Positions 1-9,190 are shown, counted from the stretch's first letter. The stretch is DNA of 50,300 bases from a virus (IMGVR_UViG_3300050190_000122:1-50300), one strand, 5' to 3'. Notes: generated by a model not told the origin, from the letters alone. Made by a program: numbers and translations.

Positions 1-112
1 TTCCTTGTGTGTTAATTTGGTTTGTCACCTTATTTTACCGCACAAATGGATAGAGGTGCAATTATTTTTACAGAACTGGCGTTTGGGTCAATAATGTTTT
101 TTGTAACAGACA
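1..112 (-). mobile_element. Probable left end of a TGT-terminated IS (IS21/IS481-like) running out of the window
   Basis: Minus strand from 112 reads TGTCTGTTACAAAAAACATTATTGACCC...GTAAAAATAATTGCACC: a TGT terminus plus two related sub-terminal boxes. It begins where the neighbouring ORF appears to lose its family-like sequence. No transposase is visible in the window. Confidence 0.45.
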
Positions 113-368
113 CTATTAGTTCCGTAAAGTGTTGAAAGTGAACAATTGTTTCTGAGCAGGCTATAGAGTATTCAGGCCAGTGGTTTATGTCAATTGATTT
201 ATTGCCGTGTTCGTCATCGAAAATATGTAAACTATTATTCATTGTCTGGTAAGTTGAAAAATATGCTTTAAGTGCAATTTTTAGAGACATAAAAGCTAAA
301 TCGTTAAGTTTCCAGAGTTGTTCGTGTAATTGAAATCCTGCTTCAAAAAGCTTGTCTATTTCTCCCAT
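30..368 (-). pseudogene. Truncated HEPN-like helical protein (N-terminal ~85 aa only)
   Basis: ETIVHFQHFTELI resembles the HEPN N-terminal helix motif (HxxELxxK). The last ~27 codons are read from the putative IS end. Confidence 0.4.
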
Positions 369-428
369 ATCTCTGTCCCCTTTGGCATTGCATACTTTCT
401 ATTAAGTGATTTGCATACAGGAAATCAC

Positions 429-1523
429 CTACAAATAATTGTTATTGCCTATAACGATCATGGCCAAACCTTCTAATGAGATTATCGGTTTCTTATGGAT
501 CATTCTGTGACAATTGCTGCAGAGCATTGCGATATCCTCAGCCTTAGTCTTATCCCCTTCTTTCATTTCTGAAACAAGTTTGCGGTGATGTCCTTCAATA
601 AAGTTGTTCCCTCTATCCCCATATATTTTCGAGAAATCAATAGCACAAACTTCACAGAACAATCTGCCATGCTTCTTAACAAATAGTTTTTTAGCTTGTT
701 TTACTACCTCAGACTTACGTTCACGCATCCTATGTAAATAGTAATATTTTTTACCTTCTGAATACTCAGTATTTATTTCAAGATCGGGATCTTCTTCGAC
801 AGTTACAGCCATATGGCTAAAGATAAAGTGACCTAAATCAGAACCGACCTCAATAGTGAACTCTCCTTCTGGAGTTGGAAACACTTTCTCAAACTCTTTT
901 TTCAATTCTTTTCTAAATCTTATGCTCTGCAAAATAATACTTTTATCCGTCTGATCTTCAAATCTATATTCTGCCGTATATATCTTATTGTTAAAGAGCA
1001 CCTTTATTTCTCGCGCTTTTCCTCTTGGCGTAAAAAACTTGCTATCAGTTGGATTGAATATTTCATGAAATTCCTTATCTATTCTAACACCATCAGTATA
1101 CTGCGACTTGCCTACTTGCTTTAATAACTTATCGAATTTATCATTCACTACAAACATCTCAAGGCTATTTTCATTGTATAAGTCATACGTTCCAGCGGCG
1201 TATCTTTTTAAAGCAGCAATAAATGCAGCATATTCGTCTTTTCCTAATTCTGTTAGATAGTTGATAGCATCTTCGATAGTGATTCCCTTGAAAAACCCTT
1301 TGTGAGCATCCCTTAAGCCTAAATGATGTAATATTCCCATGGAAAACCAGCCACGTGAATATTCCTGATCTTGTAGCAGGATGTTTTCATCGCTCCATCT
1401 ATTTGACTTGCCATTAAACAGAAATTCGAAAATGACCCTATCTCGGAGTTGCTCTGAATATCTTTTATATTCTCTATCTCTATCCTCAGGTTTAAGTTCT
1501 GGAAAAGATTTAATTATATTCAT
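429..1523 (-). CDS. HNH endonuclease (McrA-like C-terminus) with uncharacterised N-terminal domains
   Basis: CEVC...IEGHH...LCSNCHRMIH HNH/Zn motif at the C-terminus. Likely ATG at 1523. Confidence 0.85.
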   Translation of the reverse strand: MNIIKSFPELKPEDRDREYKRYSEQLRDRVIFEFLFNGKSNRWSDENILLQDQEYSRGWFSMGILHHLGLRDAHKGFFKGITIEDAINYLTELGKDEYAAFIAALKRYAAGTYDLYNENSLEMFVVNDKFDKLLKQVGKSQYTDGVRIDKEFHEIFNPTDSKFFTPRGKAREIKVLFNNKIYTAEYRFEDQTDKSIILQSIRFRKELKKEFEKVFPTPEGEFTIEVGSDLGHFIFSHMAVTVEEDPDLEINTEYSEGKKYYYLHRMRERKSEVVKQAKKLFVKKHGRLFCEVCAIDFSKIYGDRGNNFIEGHHRKLVSEMKEGDKTKAEDIAMLCSNCHRMIHKKPIISLEGLAMIVIGNNNYL

Positions 1524-1757
1524 ATACTTTGCACCTACCTTAGTCAAGCAAATTGGGTTATGTCTTACCTCAATGCAAAATCATACTTCTGAATAAAATA
1601 CGCAAATACGTTATAAATATAGATTAAACTAAATGCCAAATTTGTCATCCACAGAACTCTGATCACGCTCAACTAACTTTTTAAAATTTTTTAATACATT
1701 GATTTAATAGATCTAAACTAAGCTAACTCCGTATTTATGTATCATAAATAAATTAAT

Positions 1758-4700
1758 TTACAATTTTTCATAATTCAATTTTAAATCCGGGTCTATCCTT
1801 CTACTATCGTTTCCCTTCACTATTTTTTCTATTTCATACCATCTTAATTGCTTAAACCATATTAGTATATCTTTTCCTTTGCCCTGAGAAATAAATACTT
1901 CTGAAAGTCTGGTCGCATCTACTCGTTCAACATCCATGTGCATACATAACGTCAATGCATTAAAATTGGGAACGCCTTCACTGGATAAAATAGATAAGTC
2001 TCTAACTCCTGTTCCTAAATTTATTCCTCTTTTTGAAGCTTCATAATTTAATAAATCACTCACTCCATATAAGGCCCAAGGTAATAAATATTGTATTCTA
2101 GAATAGATAATATCCACCAACCTGCTATATTCATACTCTTTTCTATTATCTTTTCCAGAACTTTTTTTTATTTCAGTAATGGAATATCCTTTTATCCAAT
2201 TTTCAGCAATATAAGAAGTAAAACCGCCTAATTTATTCCCTTCAAATTCAATCATATTTTCAGCAACTGGATATAACAACCATTTTAGTTGGTCTTCTTT
2301 TACTCTACCACTATAGTCAATTATTTTCCCCATATTTTCAATTTGCCAATCTTTAAGTGAAATAATCCAATTGAATAGATTGTTCTGAGATTCTATGCTC
2401 CAACCAACTTTAGCCGCAATATTCAGTAATTCCTTATTTTTAAACAGGGAATTTTTAAGCATAGTCCTTTGACCAGTTTCTACACTTTTAACGACTTTTT
2501 TCGTATGTTCACTAATCCCTTGATATGCAAGCATTTCTTGAGTTATAGAGTCATTTGAATCATCATCAATGCTGATAAGATTATTAGCATATGCATGAGT
2601 TAATCCTACTCTATACATATTAATCATTCCAACAATAAGTTTCCCCATCTCTCCCTTAACACTTTTTTTTATTTTACCCAAAGAAATATCCAATAAATCC
2701 TCTGGTGCTATCAAATTGTTACTTAATGCATTATCTAATACTGTAAATGCTTCTGCCAATGCAGATTTTACCGGAGGAATCGAGTCTAATTGTATATCCA
2801 AATAATCTTTGAGTTGATATCCTGATAATTTACTGATATATAGTGATGGAGCATACAAAATACAGTGTCCCTCCACATCAACACCAAATCTTCCTGCTCT
2901 ACCAGCAATATTCCATAATTCACGTGGTGATAATTGTGTGTTTCTTCCAATAATTAAAGATTCAATTATTACAGTTGAGAATGGAAAATTTACTCCTTCA
3001 GCTAAAGTGGTAGTAGCGCACACAATATTAACCTTTTTTTCCTTAATCACTTCTTCTACCGCAAACCTTACTCTAGATGGTAATCCAGAGTGATGATATG
3101 CCACTCCAAAAGAAATGCTGTTTCTTAATGGCACCTCTGCATATAATTCTCTCTCTAATTTCGCATCTAGGCTCTCCATATTGTAAGATAATTCCGATTG
3201 CTTATCTTGCTTTAAGAAGTCATATCTAAGTGCTTTTATATATTCTGCAATTTTTTCTGATTTTGATTTGCTAACTGATAAAACTAATACTATCCCATCC
3301 TTAGATAGACTATGTGCTAAGTTTCCAATATTAATAATATTAATATCATATTTAGCGTCATCAAGTTGAAAATTATAATTTTTAAATTGTATAGCTTGAG
3401 CATTTCCAAACTTCAGCAGACCAATTTCATTATCTTTTTCATAAATTCCTATTCTGAATTTACCTGGTCTCCAATCCATTTTTATACTACTTGATATTTT
3501 ATCTCTTGAAAGCCATTCAACTAGTTCGTTAATATTTGGTGCTACTGCTGATAATTGCACAATTCTACACTCATGCGGCACCATTCTTTTAATTCTCCAT
3601 AAATAGAACTCAAGCAAAATACCTCTGGTTCCGGATTCAATATGATGCGCCTCATCAACAATTACCATTCCAACATCTTTTAATATTTCATGTTCAATAC
3701 GAAGTATTAAATCTGCCTTTTCAGGTGTGAAAATCAAAAGATCAGCATCCTTAGGATCGCCAGAAACTTCCTTAGAAAAAGTCAAGTGAGATCCTAATGC
3801 TGCTATATTATATCCTAACGGTAATAAAACTTTTGCTAAATCGTTAGAGACTTGTGCCGCTAACGCTTTACTTGGCACTATATAAAAGGCTTTTTTACCT
3901 CTATGCGTTTTAAAAAAGGAAATTAGTAAAATTTGAGCTAAAGCAGTTTTCCCTGTACCAGTGGGCGTAGCAATACCCAAACTATCAATATTTTCATTAA
4001 AAAGCCCTCCGTTAATTGCTGCTATTTGAGACTTCCACAATTCAGAAGGAGTTTTAGCTACTTTTAAATCATATAATATTTCACTTGGTACAAATTTGGA
4101 TATCGAAGCTCGCCCTCTGCGGTTAATCAATTTCGTCAAACATACAATTTCATCGGCGTTCCAATCGAAATTATAATAACATACTATTTCTTTGATCAAT
4201 TTTATCCCATTTTCTGCATAACTCAGGTCATCTTGATTGAAATTTTGCATATAACACGCTAATTTATAAATTATTTCTTCAATGCCACGTTCAATTATAC
4301 TGTGACTTTCATCTAACATTATTTGATTTTTATCCTCGATATTTACTCCCAATTTTCCAAATCCGACATCTGTGTTTCTGGAGAGAAATCCTTGCATATA
4401 TTTTCCAGTGTGTAATTTATTGCCAAGTAAAGCTGTAATACCATAATACTCAGCGCTTTCATATAAAATAGCTGCACGCATAATATGATTTTTCATGCTT
4501 TCTTGTCTATTTAATTCATAATTGATTTCAAAAAGGATATATTCAATATCAGCAGAAACTTTAAGAATTTTTCTCCAGTCATCAAAATCAATATCTTCTG
4601 TCGCAATTGCTCCTAATACAGCTGAGGAAAAATAAGATAATTCAATCAAATCCTTATTCTCGAATTTTATTCTATGCATCCCTAATCTATGTTCCAACAT

Positions 4701-4772
4701 GTACTGATCAATTAAGGCAAATAAATTACTTCTATTTTCAAAGTATAATTCAAATTCAACTTTAGAAAACAT
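1758..4772 (-). CDS. hamB: Ski2-like DEAH helicase, Hachiman HamB-type
   Basis: PTGTGKT, DEAH, LSAV, HHSGL, TTTLAEGVNFP and NIAGRAGR motifs. 1004 aa with a helical N-terminus, 2 nt downstream of a HamA-like gene. Confidence 0.8.
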   Translation of the reverse strand: MFSKVEFELYFENRSNLFALIDQYMLEHRLGMHRIKFENKDLIELSYFSSAVLGAIATEDIDFDDWRKILKVSADIEYILFEINYELNRQESMKNHIMRAAILYESAEYYGITALLGNKLHTGKYMQGFLSRNTDVGFGKLGVNIEDKNQIMLDESHSIIERGIEEIIYKLACYMQNFNQDDLSYAENGIKLIKEIVCYYNFDWNADEIVCLTKLINRRGRASISKFVPSEILYDLKVAKTPSELWKSQIAAINGGLFNENIDSLGIATPTGTGKTALAQILLISFFKTHRGKKAFYIVPSKALAAQVSNDLAKVLLPLGYNIAALGSHLTFSKEVSGDPKDADLLIFTPEKADLILRIEHEILKDVGMVIVDEAHHIESGTRGILLEFYLWRIKRMVPHECRIVQLSAVAPNINELVEWLSRDKISSSIKMDWRPGKFRIGIYEKDNEIGLLKFGNAQAIQFKNYNFQLDDAKYDINIINIGNLAHSLSKDGIVLVLSVSKSKSEKIAEYIKALRYDFLKQDKQSELSYNMESLDAKLERELYAEVPLRNSISFGVAYHHSGLPSRVRFAVEEVIKEKKVNIVCATTTLAEGVNFPFSTVIIESLIIGRNTQLSPRELWNIAGRAGRFGVDVEGHCILYAPSLYISKLSGYQLKDYLDIQLDSIPPVKSALAEAFTVLDNALSNNLIAPEDLLDISLGKIKKSVKGEMGKLIVGMINMYRVGLTHAYANNLISIDDDSNDSITQEMLAYQGISEHTKKVVKSVETGQRTMLKNSLFKNKELLNIAAKVGWSIESQNNLFNWIISLKDWQIENMGKIIDYSGRVKEDQLKWLLYPVAENMIEFEGNKLGGFTSYIAENWIKGYSITEIKKSSGKDNRKEYEYSRLVDIIYSRIQYLLPWALYGVSDLLNYEASKRGINLGTGVRDLSILSSEGVPNFNALTLCMHMDVERVDATRLSEVFISQGKGKDILIWFKQLRWYEIEKIVKGNDSRRIDPDLKLNYEKL

Positions 4773-4774
4773 GC

Positions 4775-5593
4775 TTATTCCCCCGTAGCCTTTTTAATGT
4801 TTTCCAATCTTTCATAGGCATCTATCGCCATAGACTTTAAATCTGTAATTGTCAAAACTCTAACATTATAAGCTATGCTACTTGGTTCGGAAATTATGTA
4901 ATCATTGTCACTATCATCTATAGAAGCAATATTTATAACAGCTAGACCATGAAAAAATATTTCAGGGCCAGGTGGTGAAAAATCTTTTCTTATTTGTTTA
5001 ATTTCTTCTAAGGAAAAATCAGATTTACTTAAGTTATCTCTAATCTGTACAAAATCATACATTTTATCTCCATGACTATATTTTTCTAATGATTCCTTTA
5101 ACTGTTTGTATATACCGTGCCTATGATATGCTTTTTTCTTGCTAGCAGGTTGTATTGAAGTCTTCACTTCAAACCACCAATACTTAAAATCATAATTTGA
5201 TGTGTCGACACACATTATATCCATTTTATGCACATTAGTGTTTTCAGCTGTTAACTGCGTAAGCTTTCTGAGCAAAATTTTATATCCCAAAATTTCTTCA
5301 ATATAAATTGACCCTAATATCTCACCAAAATGTGAAGATCGAAATTTTTCAGTTGTAGGGAGTTTACGAAATACATCAGCAATCAAACCAATTACATCTA
5401 ATTTTTCGGAAAAATCATTTGCAATTTTAAAAGGATCCCTATAAAAGTATGGTATTTTTCCGCTTATATACCTATCTAATTTATCTTTGTTCCCATTCTC
5501 GTCAAGAATTCTTCTTTGCCATACATTTCTACTTTTATTTAAAGTTGAATCTTTTAATGATAATTCAATCTCATCTTCTAAAAAAGAAATCAT
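4775..5593 (-). CDS. hamA: HamA-like (DUF1837-type) PD-(D/E)XK nuclease
   Basis: SHFGEIL...HKMDIM...WFEVKTS nuclease motifs, 272 aa, operonic with a Ski2-like helicase. Confidence 0.75.
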   Translation of the reverse strand: MISFLEDEIELSLKDSTLNKSRNVWQRRILDENGNKDKLDRYISGKIPYFYRDPFKIANDFSEKLDVIGLIADVFRKLPTTEKFRSSHFGEILGSIYIEEILGYKILLRKLTQLTAENTNVHKMDIMCVDTSNYDFKYWWFEVKTSIQPASKKKAYHRHGIYKQLKESLEKYSHGDKMYDFVQIRDNLSKSDFSLEEIKQIRKDFSPPGPEIFFHGLAVINIASIDDSDNDYIISEPSSIAYNVRVLTITDLKSMAIDAYERLENIKKATGE

Positions 5594-5730
5594 TCAAAAT
5601 TCCCTCCTTTTATATTTCTCACAGCGACTAGAATAAACTCTGTGAGAGACATTTGTCATTACACCAAACTAGACCCTATCTATATCGTATAAGTTTTAAC
5701 AAACTCCAAGATAATGTTCTTTTAAGCAAT

Positions 5731-5757
5731 ATTCCACATTTTTCCCACAAATCCTTC
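5731..5757 (-). promoter_or_regulatory. Sigma-H-type promoter upstream of hamAB
   Basis: Minus strand GAAGGATTT-N14-GAAT matches the B. subtilis sigma-H consensus. Confidence 0.55.
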
Positions 5758-5942
5758 CTCCATAGTAAATATAACCCAAGAAAAAGACAGAGCCAGACCG
5801 TCAAAAAACGATCTGACTCAATGTATTCCTCTATACACCACGACACTCTAAAAATAGCATCCTATTCTAGGGGGAATCCCCATATAGCACTACCACGCAC
5901 TCCACGTGCCCTGTCCACTTAAACATATTTTCGAGCTATCTG

Positions 5943-6403
5943 TTAATGATTATAGAAATTATTATACTCCTGTGTCATTAGTTCCATAGATGCATAAACT
6001 TCGAAAATAGTTTGAATTATTGGATCATCAACTTTTACAGCCCTGACAGACATGTTGATATCCTTTTTTTAGCATTGAGAAAAAGTTCAACAAACTCTGT
6101 GCTTTGCTTAAGTACATTTTTCGGTACAGTTACTTCAATTCCAAGTGCTGTAGCTTCTTTCTTTGCAATATTAAATGCAAAGGGAGCTTGATTATGGCCT
6201 GAACTACTTTCTCCGTGTTCCTTAATCCTCTTTCTCATTCGATTTGTTCGGCCAACATAAATCGGCGCATTGTCCTCATAAAACACATAAATACCTTTTA
6301 TCGGTAGTTCTCCTAAATCGCTCCATAGTCTCAACTGTGCGTTTGATAGTTGAAACATCAAAGTCGGTAACTTATCTACTAAAGCTCTAAAATGGTCATT
6401 CAT
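5943..6403 (-). pseudogene. GIY-YIG nuclease family gene with a 1-nt frameshift
   Basis: GIYVF...YVGRT..MRKRIKEH motif. After KKRIS the plausible C-terminus (NMSVRAVKVDDPIIQTIFEVYASMELMTQEYNNFYNH*) continues in another frame to TAA at 5943. Confidence 0.75.
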
Positions 6404-6730
6404 GTTTACCACTCCTATTCCGTCCTCATTTTATATCAATCCCAATCATAACATGCCTTAACTTTTCCAATTTTGTTTTGTTAAAATTCAGAGCATCTAA
6501 CTTTAACCCACATGACTTATTCGTAGCATTGTGGTTATATAATCTAATATAACTCGCGAGAAATTTACTTATCACCAACAATTATCGAGAAATATTCTTC
6601 CTCGATAACCCAAGTTATACTAAAATAGAGCCCGTAATTCTTCTTATCTTTTATAAAGTCTAACTGTGCTAGACTCCCCGATGGGTAATCATTCTGCCCA
6701 AATCTTTATATAACTAGTTTACACTACCCT

Positions 6731-7072
6731 TTATACTTTTTTAACAAATTCAGATTTTAAACTCATAGCTCCAAAACCATCAATTTTGCAATCAATATTA
6801 TGATCTCCATCAACCAACTGTATATTTCTAACTTTTGTACCCATTTTTATAGCTGATGTACTTCCTTTTAATTTAAGGTCTTTGATGACTGTTACAGTAT
6901 CACCATCGTTCAAGACATTTCCATTTGCATCTTTAACAATCTTGCTATCTTCACTACTTTCGGTTTTTGGTTCTAAAGTCCACTCATGATTACACTCTGG
7001 GCAAACGAAACCATTTCCATCCTCGTAAGTATATTCTGAATTACATTTTGGGCAATTTGGTAAATCAAACAT
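6731..7072 (-). CDS. phnA: PhnA/YjdM zinc-ribbon protein
   Basis: [15 protein letters not shown]...CPECNHEW...[20 protein letters not shown]...[16 protein letters not shown] precedes the ATG at 7072. Confidence 0.93.
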   Translation of the reverse strand: MFDLPNCPKCNSEYTYEDGNGFVCPECNHEWTLEPKTESSEDSKIVKDANGNVLNDGDTVTVIKDLKLKGSTSAIKMGTKVRNIQLVDGDHNIDCKIDGFGAMSLKSEFVKKV

Positions 7073-7167
7073 TAATTCATTTCCTCCATTTCGTTGTTCG
7101 AGTAAAAGGTTGTTATCATCTAAAAACCACTTAGATATTGGTGACGGTCGTCTGAACGGGAATTTCC

Positions 7168-7447
7168 TTAGAAACAGCAAAAAAGTCTTGAGGCGTACAA
7201 CGGTATGTACCTCAAGGCTTTCGTCATGGTCATTATTGGGAAGCATATCTTTTCCAAACGGAAATTTTATGGTTCATGTCACAGTATTCTCCGCCTAATT
7301 CGAGGGTTTAGATGGCGGAGGCGAACTTACACTGATGAAACACCTAACGTTTCCATACCAGAAGTAGAGGAAACTTATTCCTGATTGGCGCCTGAGAATT
7401 AAAGTCCCAGATTGTCAGACAACTTACGACATTCACCTTATATTTCG
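7168..7447 (-). promoter_or_regulatory. Structured 5' leader / attenuator of phnA with uORFs
   Basis: Extended -10 TGnTAAAAT (7463-7455), three hairpins, two coupled uORFs (7277-7233 and 7233-7168) and a terminator. Confidence 0.6.
7179..7221 (-). terminator. Intrinsic terminator within the phnA leader
   Basis: GCCTTGAGG-TACA..TGTA-CG-CCTCAAGAC followed by T6. Confidence 0.75.
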
Positions 7448-7487
7448 ATTAATTATTTTATCACAAAACCATTAAGAATGTCGGAAA

Positions 7488-7514
7488 GCAGGAAATACCT
7501 ATCTTGTGTTGAAT
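7488..7514 (+). promoter_or_regulatory. Sigma-H-type promoter
   Basis: GCAGGAAAT-N14-GAAT, near-perfect consensus. Confidence 0.6.
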
Positions 7515-7616
7515 CGAATAACTGTTTGAAAAGGCCCTGTCGTGTGCGAAATCATCTTGTCAATCCTTGGAAATAAGGAGTATAATCTAATCAAAAAAAA
7601 AGGAGCTGCTTAAATT

Positions 7617-8129
7617 TTGAAAAAGGTTTCCTACTTATTATCTATCGGTCTTATGATTGTATTGTTAGGATGCGGATCAGCTTCAACCGTCACGACACCT
7701 TCGACGCCTGCACCCGCCAAGGAGGCAGCGCAACTGGCTAAAGTCCTTACCGCAGAGGGAATAGGTAATGGCATTAAGGCAAACGTACCTACAATGAACG
7801 GCATCGTCGTTTACACGGAAGATACTGACACAAATAAATTGCTTGGGAGACCTAACCAATATATTAGCAAAGTTAGCTTCGCTGACACGAGAACAGAACA
7901 ACTCAGCAAGGATTACCCAACTGGCGGATCGGTAGAAGTCTTCGCTAATCCACAAGATGCCAAAACCAGAGAGACATATGTTGATGGAATTTCAAAGAGC
8001 TCACCTATGTTCACCCAATATCTGTACCTAAAAGGGAATGTACTTCTACGCATAGATGGGGTATTAACCCCTACCCAAGCCAAAGAATACGAAACTGCTT
8101 TTGGTAAGATAGCTGCAACTCAAAATTAA
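7617..8129 (+). CDS. Lipoprotein of unknown function (prophage cargo type)
   Basis: Signal peptide with lipobox LLGC and a Pro/Thr linker. SD AAGGAG, TTG start, upstream TTGTCA-N18-TATAAT. Confidence 0.8.
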   Translation: MKKVSYLLSIGLMIVLLGCGSASTVTTPSTPAPAKEAAQLAKVLTAEGIGNGIKANVPTMNGIVVYTEDTDTNKLLGRPNQYISKVSFADTRTEQLSKDYPTGGSVEVFANPQDAKTRETYVDGISKSSPMFTQYLYLKGNVLLRIDGVLTPTQAKEYETAFGKIAATQN

Positions 8130-8142
8130 AAAGCGAAGGGCG

Positions 8143-8349
8143 TTGACGAAAATGAACAAGGGCGGATTCTCTTGGAATAGATTACTCGGTATCTCTGCGG
8201 CTAAATCGCGTATTTCTAGAAAAATTGGTATCCCTCTAACTAGGTCAGGTAGGCAGCGTAAGGCTGGTGCTTCTATGGGATGCTGCGTTGTATTTCTTTT
8301 TCCGGTTTTATTAGTAGGCGCTTCTTATATTTTGATTAATGTAATATAA
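8143..8349 (+). CDS. Small basic protein with C-terminal TM helix
   Basis: FSWNRLLGISAAKSRISRKIGIPLTRSGRQRK followed by a hydrophobic tail. Co-oriented with the lipoprotein and followed by a terminator. Confidence 0.7.
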   Translation: MTKMNKGGFSWNRLLGISAAKSRISRKIGIPLTRSGRQRKAGASMGCCVVFLFPVLLVGASYILINVI

Positions 8350-8361
8350 TCTTTAAAACGC

Positions 8362-8396
8362 AAAAAGGCCCCAGCAAATTAATGCTGAGGGCTTTT
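8362..8396. terminator. Bidirectional intrinsic terminator
   Basis: AAAAAGGCCCCAGCA-AATTAA-TGCTGAGGGCTTTT. Confidence 0.7.
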
Positions 8397-8528
8397 GTTA
8401 TGTCTCGCCTCTTATGCTATTACCCACCATCAAGCCAAATCCTCAGGCTTTGTTTAATTGCCATATTGTTCCACATACCCCAGCCTCTGCATATTATGCA
8501 CTATCTCTTAACAAAGGAGGAAACGCAA

Positions 8529-8651
8529 ATGGCATTCGGTAATGAAGGTAGAGAAAATTGTGGGTGTGAAGAAAGACGTGGCATTGGTGCAGGAATCGCT
8601 GCAGTTGTCGTAATTATTCTTCTTCTCATCGCAATGGGAATCGTATTCTAA
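8529..8651 (+). CDS. YjcZ/SscA-like small sporulation membrane peptide (40 aa)
   Basis: SD AAGGAGG. Gly/Cys N-terminus plus GIGAGIAAVVVIILLLIAMG TM helix. Confidence 0.75.
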   Translation: MAFGNEGRENCGCEERRGIGAGIAAVVVIILLLIAMGIVF

Positions 8652-8677
8652 ATTAAAATTAATAGGAGGAATTTCTT

Positions 8678-8914
8678 ATGTTCGGAATGGGTCAAGGAAT
8701 GAATTATGGTGGATTTGGTCAAAGCGGAATGAATTATGGTCAAATGACTCAAAGCGGAATGCACGGAGCGTGTTGCCCTCGGCCTGTATGTCACCCTCAA
8801 CCTGTATGTTGCCCCCCTGTCGCACCAGTTTATGGCGGCGTTGGTGCTGGTGTTGGAGTAGGCATCATTGCTATTGCTATTTTGATTCTTATTGCTTTAG
8901 GCGTGATCTTCTAA
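8678..8914 (+). CDS. YjcZ-like small sporulation membrane peptide (78 aa)
   Basis: SD AGGAGG. GMNYG and QSGM repeats, a Cys/Pro-rich segment, and GVGAGVGVGIIAIAILILIALGVIF TM helix. Confidence 0.75.
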   Translation: MFGMGQGMNYGGFGQSGMNYGQMTQSGMHGACCPRPVCHPQPVCCPPVAPVYGGVGAGVGVGIIAIAILILIALGVIF

Positions 8915-8924
8915 AAATTCTTTA

Positions 8925-8965
8925 AATTGAAGGCTATATCTGAAAAAGTGATAGCCTTCAATTTT
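8925..8965 (+). terminator. Intrinsic terminator
   Basis: 13-bp inverted repeat AATTGAAGGCTAT/ATAGCCTTCAATT. Confidence 0.7.
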
Positions 8966-9016
8966 ATACAACCAGTAATTTTAATCATAAATTAATATGT
9001 AGAAGGAGTTGATCTT

Positions 9017-9121
9017 ATGTTTCTCATTCCCCTTCTTCTCTTTGGGACTGCTATAGCTAGACCTCGCTATTACCCGTCTTCGTATCCCTATACACCGTAT
9101 CCCTACCGTGGATGGTATTAG
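9017..9121 (+). CDS. 34-aa Tyr/Pro-rich peptide, spore-coat-like (not in the ORF track)
   Basis: SD AAGGAG. MFLIPLLLFGTAIARPRYYPSSYPYTPYPYRGWY. Upstream TACA-N15-CATAAATTA resembles a mother-cell sigma promoter. Confidence 0.65.
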   Translation: MFLIPLLLFGTAIARPRYYPSSYPYTPYPYRGWY

Positions 9122-9158
9122 TATAAGATTCACCCATGAATATATGAATAAACGAAGT

Positions 9159-9184
9159 AGGGAGAGCTTAATGCTCTCCCTTTA
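9159..9184. terminator. Terminator between convergent genes
   Basis: AGGGAGAGC-TTAAT-GCTCTCCCT-TT. Confidence 0.7.
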
Positions 9185-9190
9185 CATCTT

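Noticed and set aside
5653-5922. 89-aa plus-strand ORF and an imperfect hairpin at about 5789-5819
   Set aside because: No SD or protein-like features, and it overlaps the hamA promoter region. The hairpin alone supports no call.
6420-6730. Palindrome TTATCGAG...CTCGATAA as a possible cassette recombination site
   Set aside because: I could not find a convincing second copy between the other island genes.
7073-7246. 58-aa N-terminal extension of PhnA in the ORF track
   Set aside because: It runs through the leader terminator. The SD supports the ATG at 7072.
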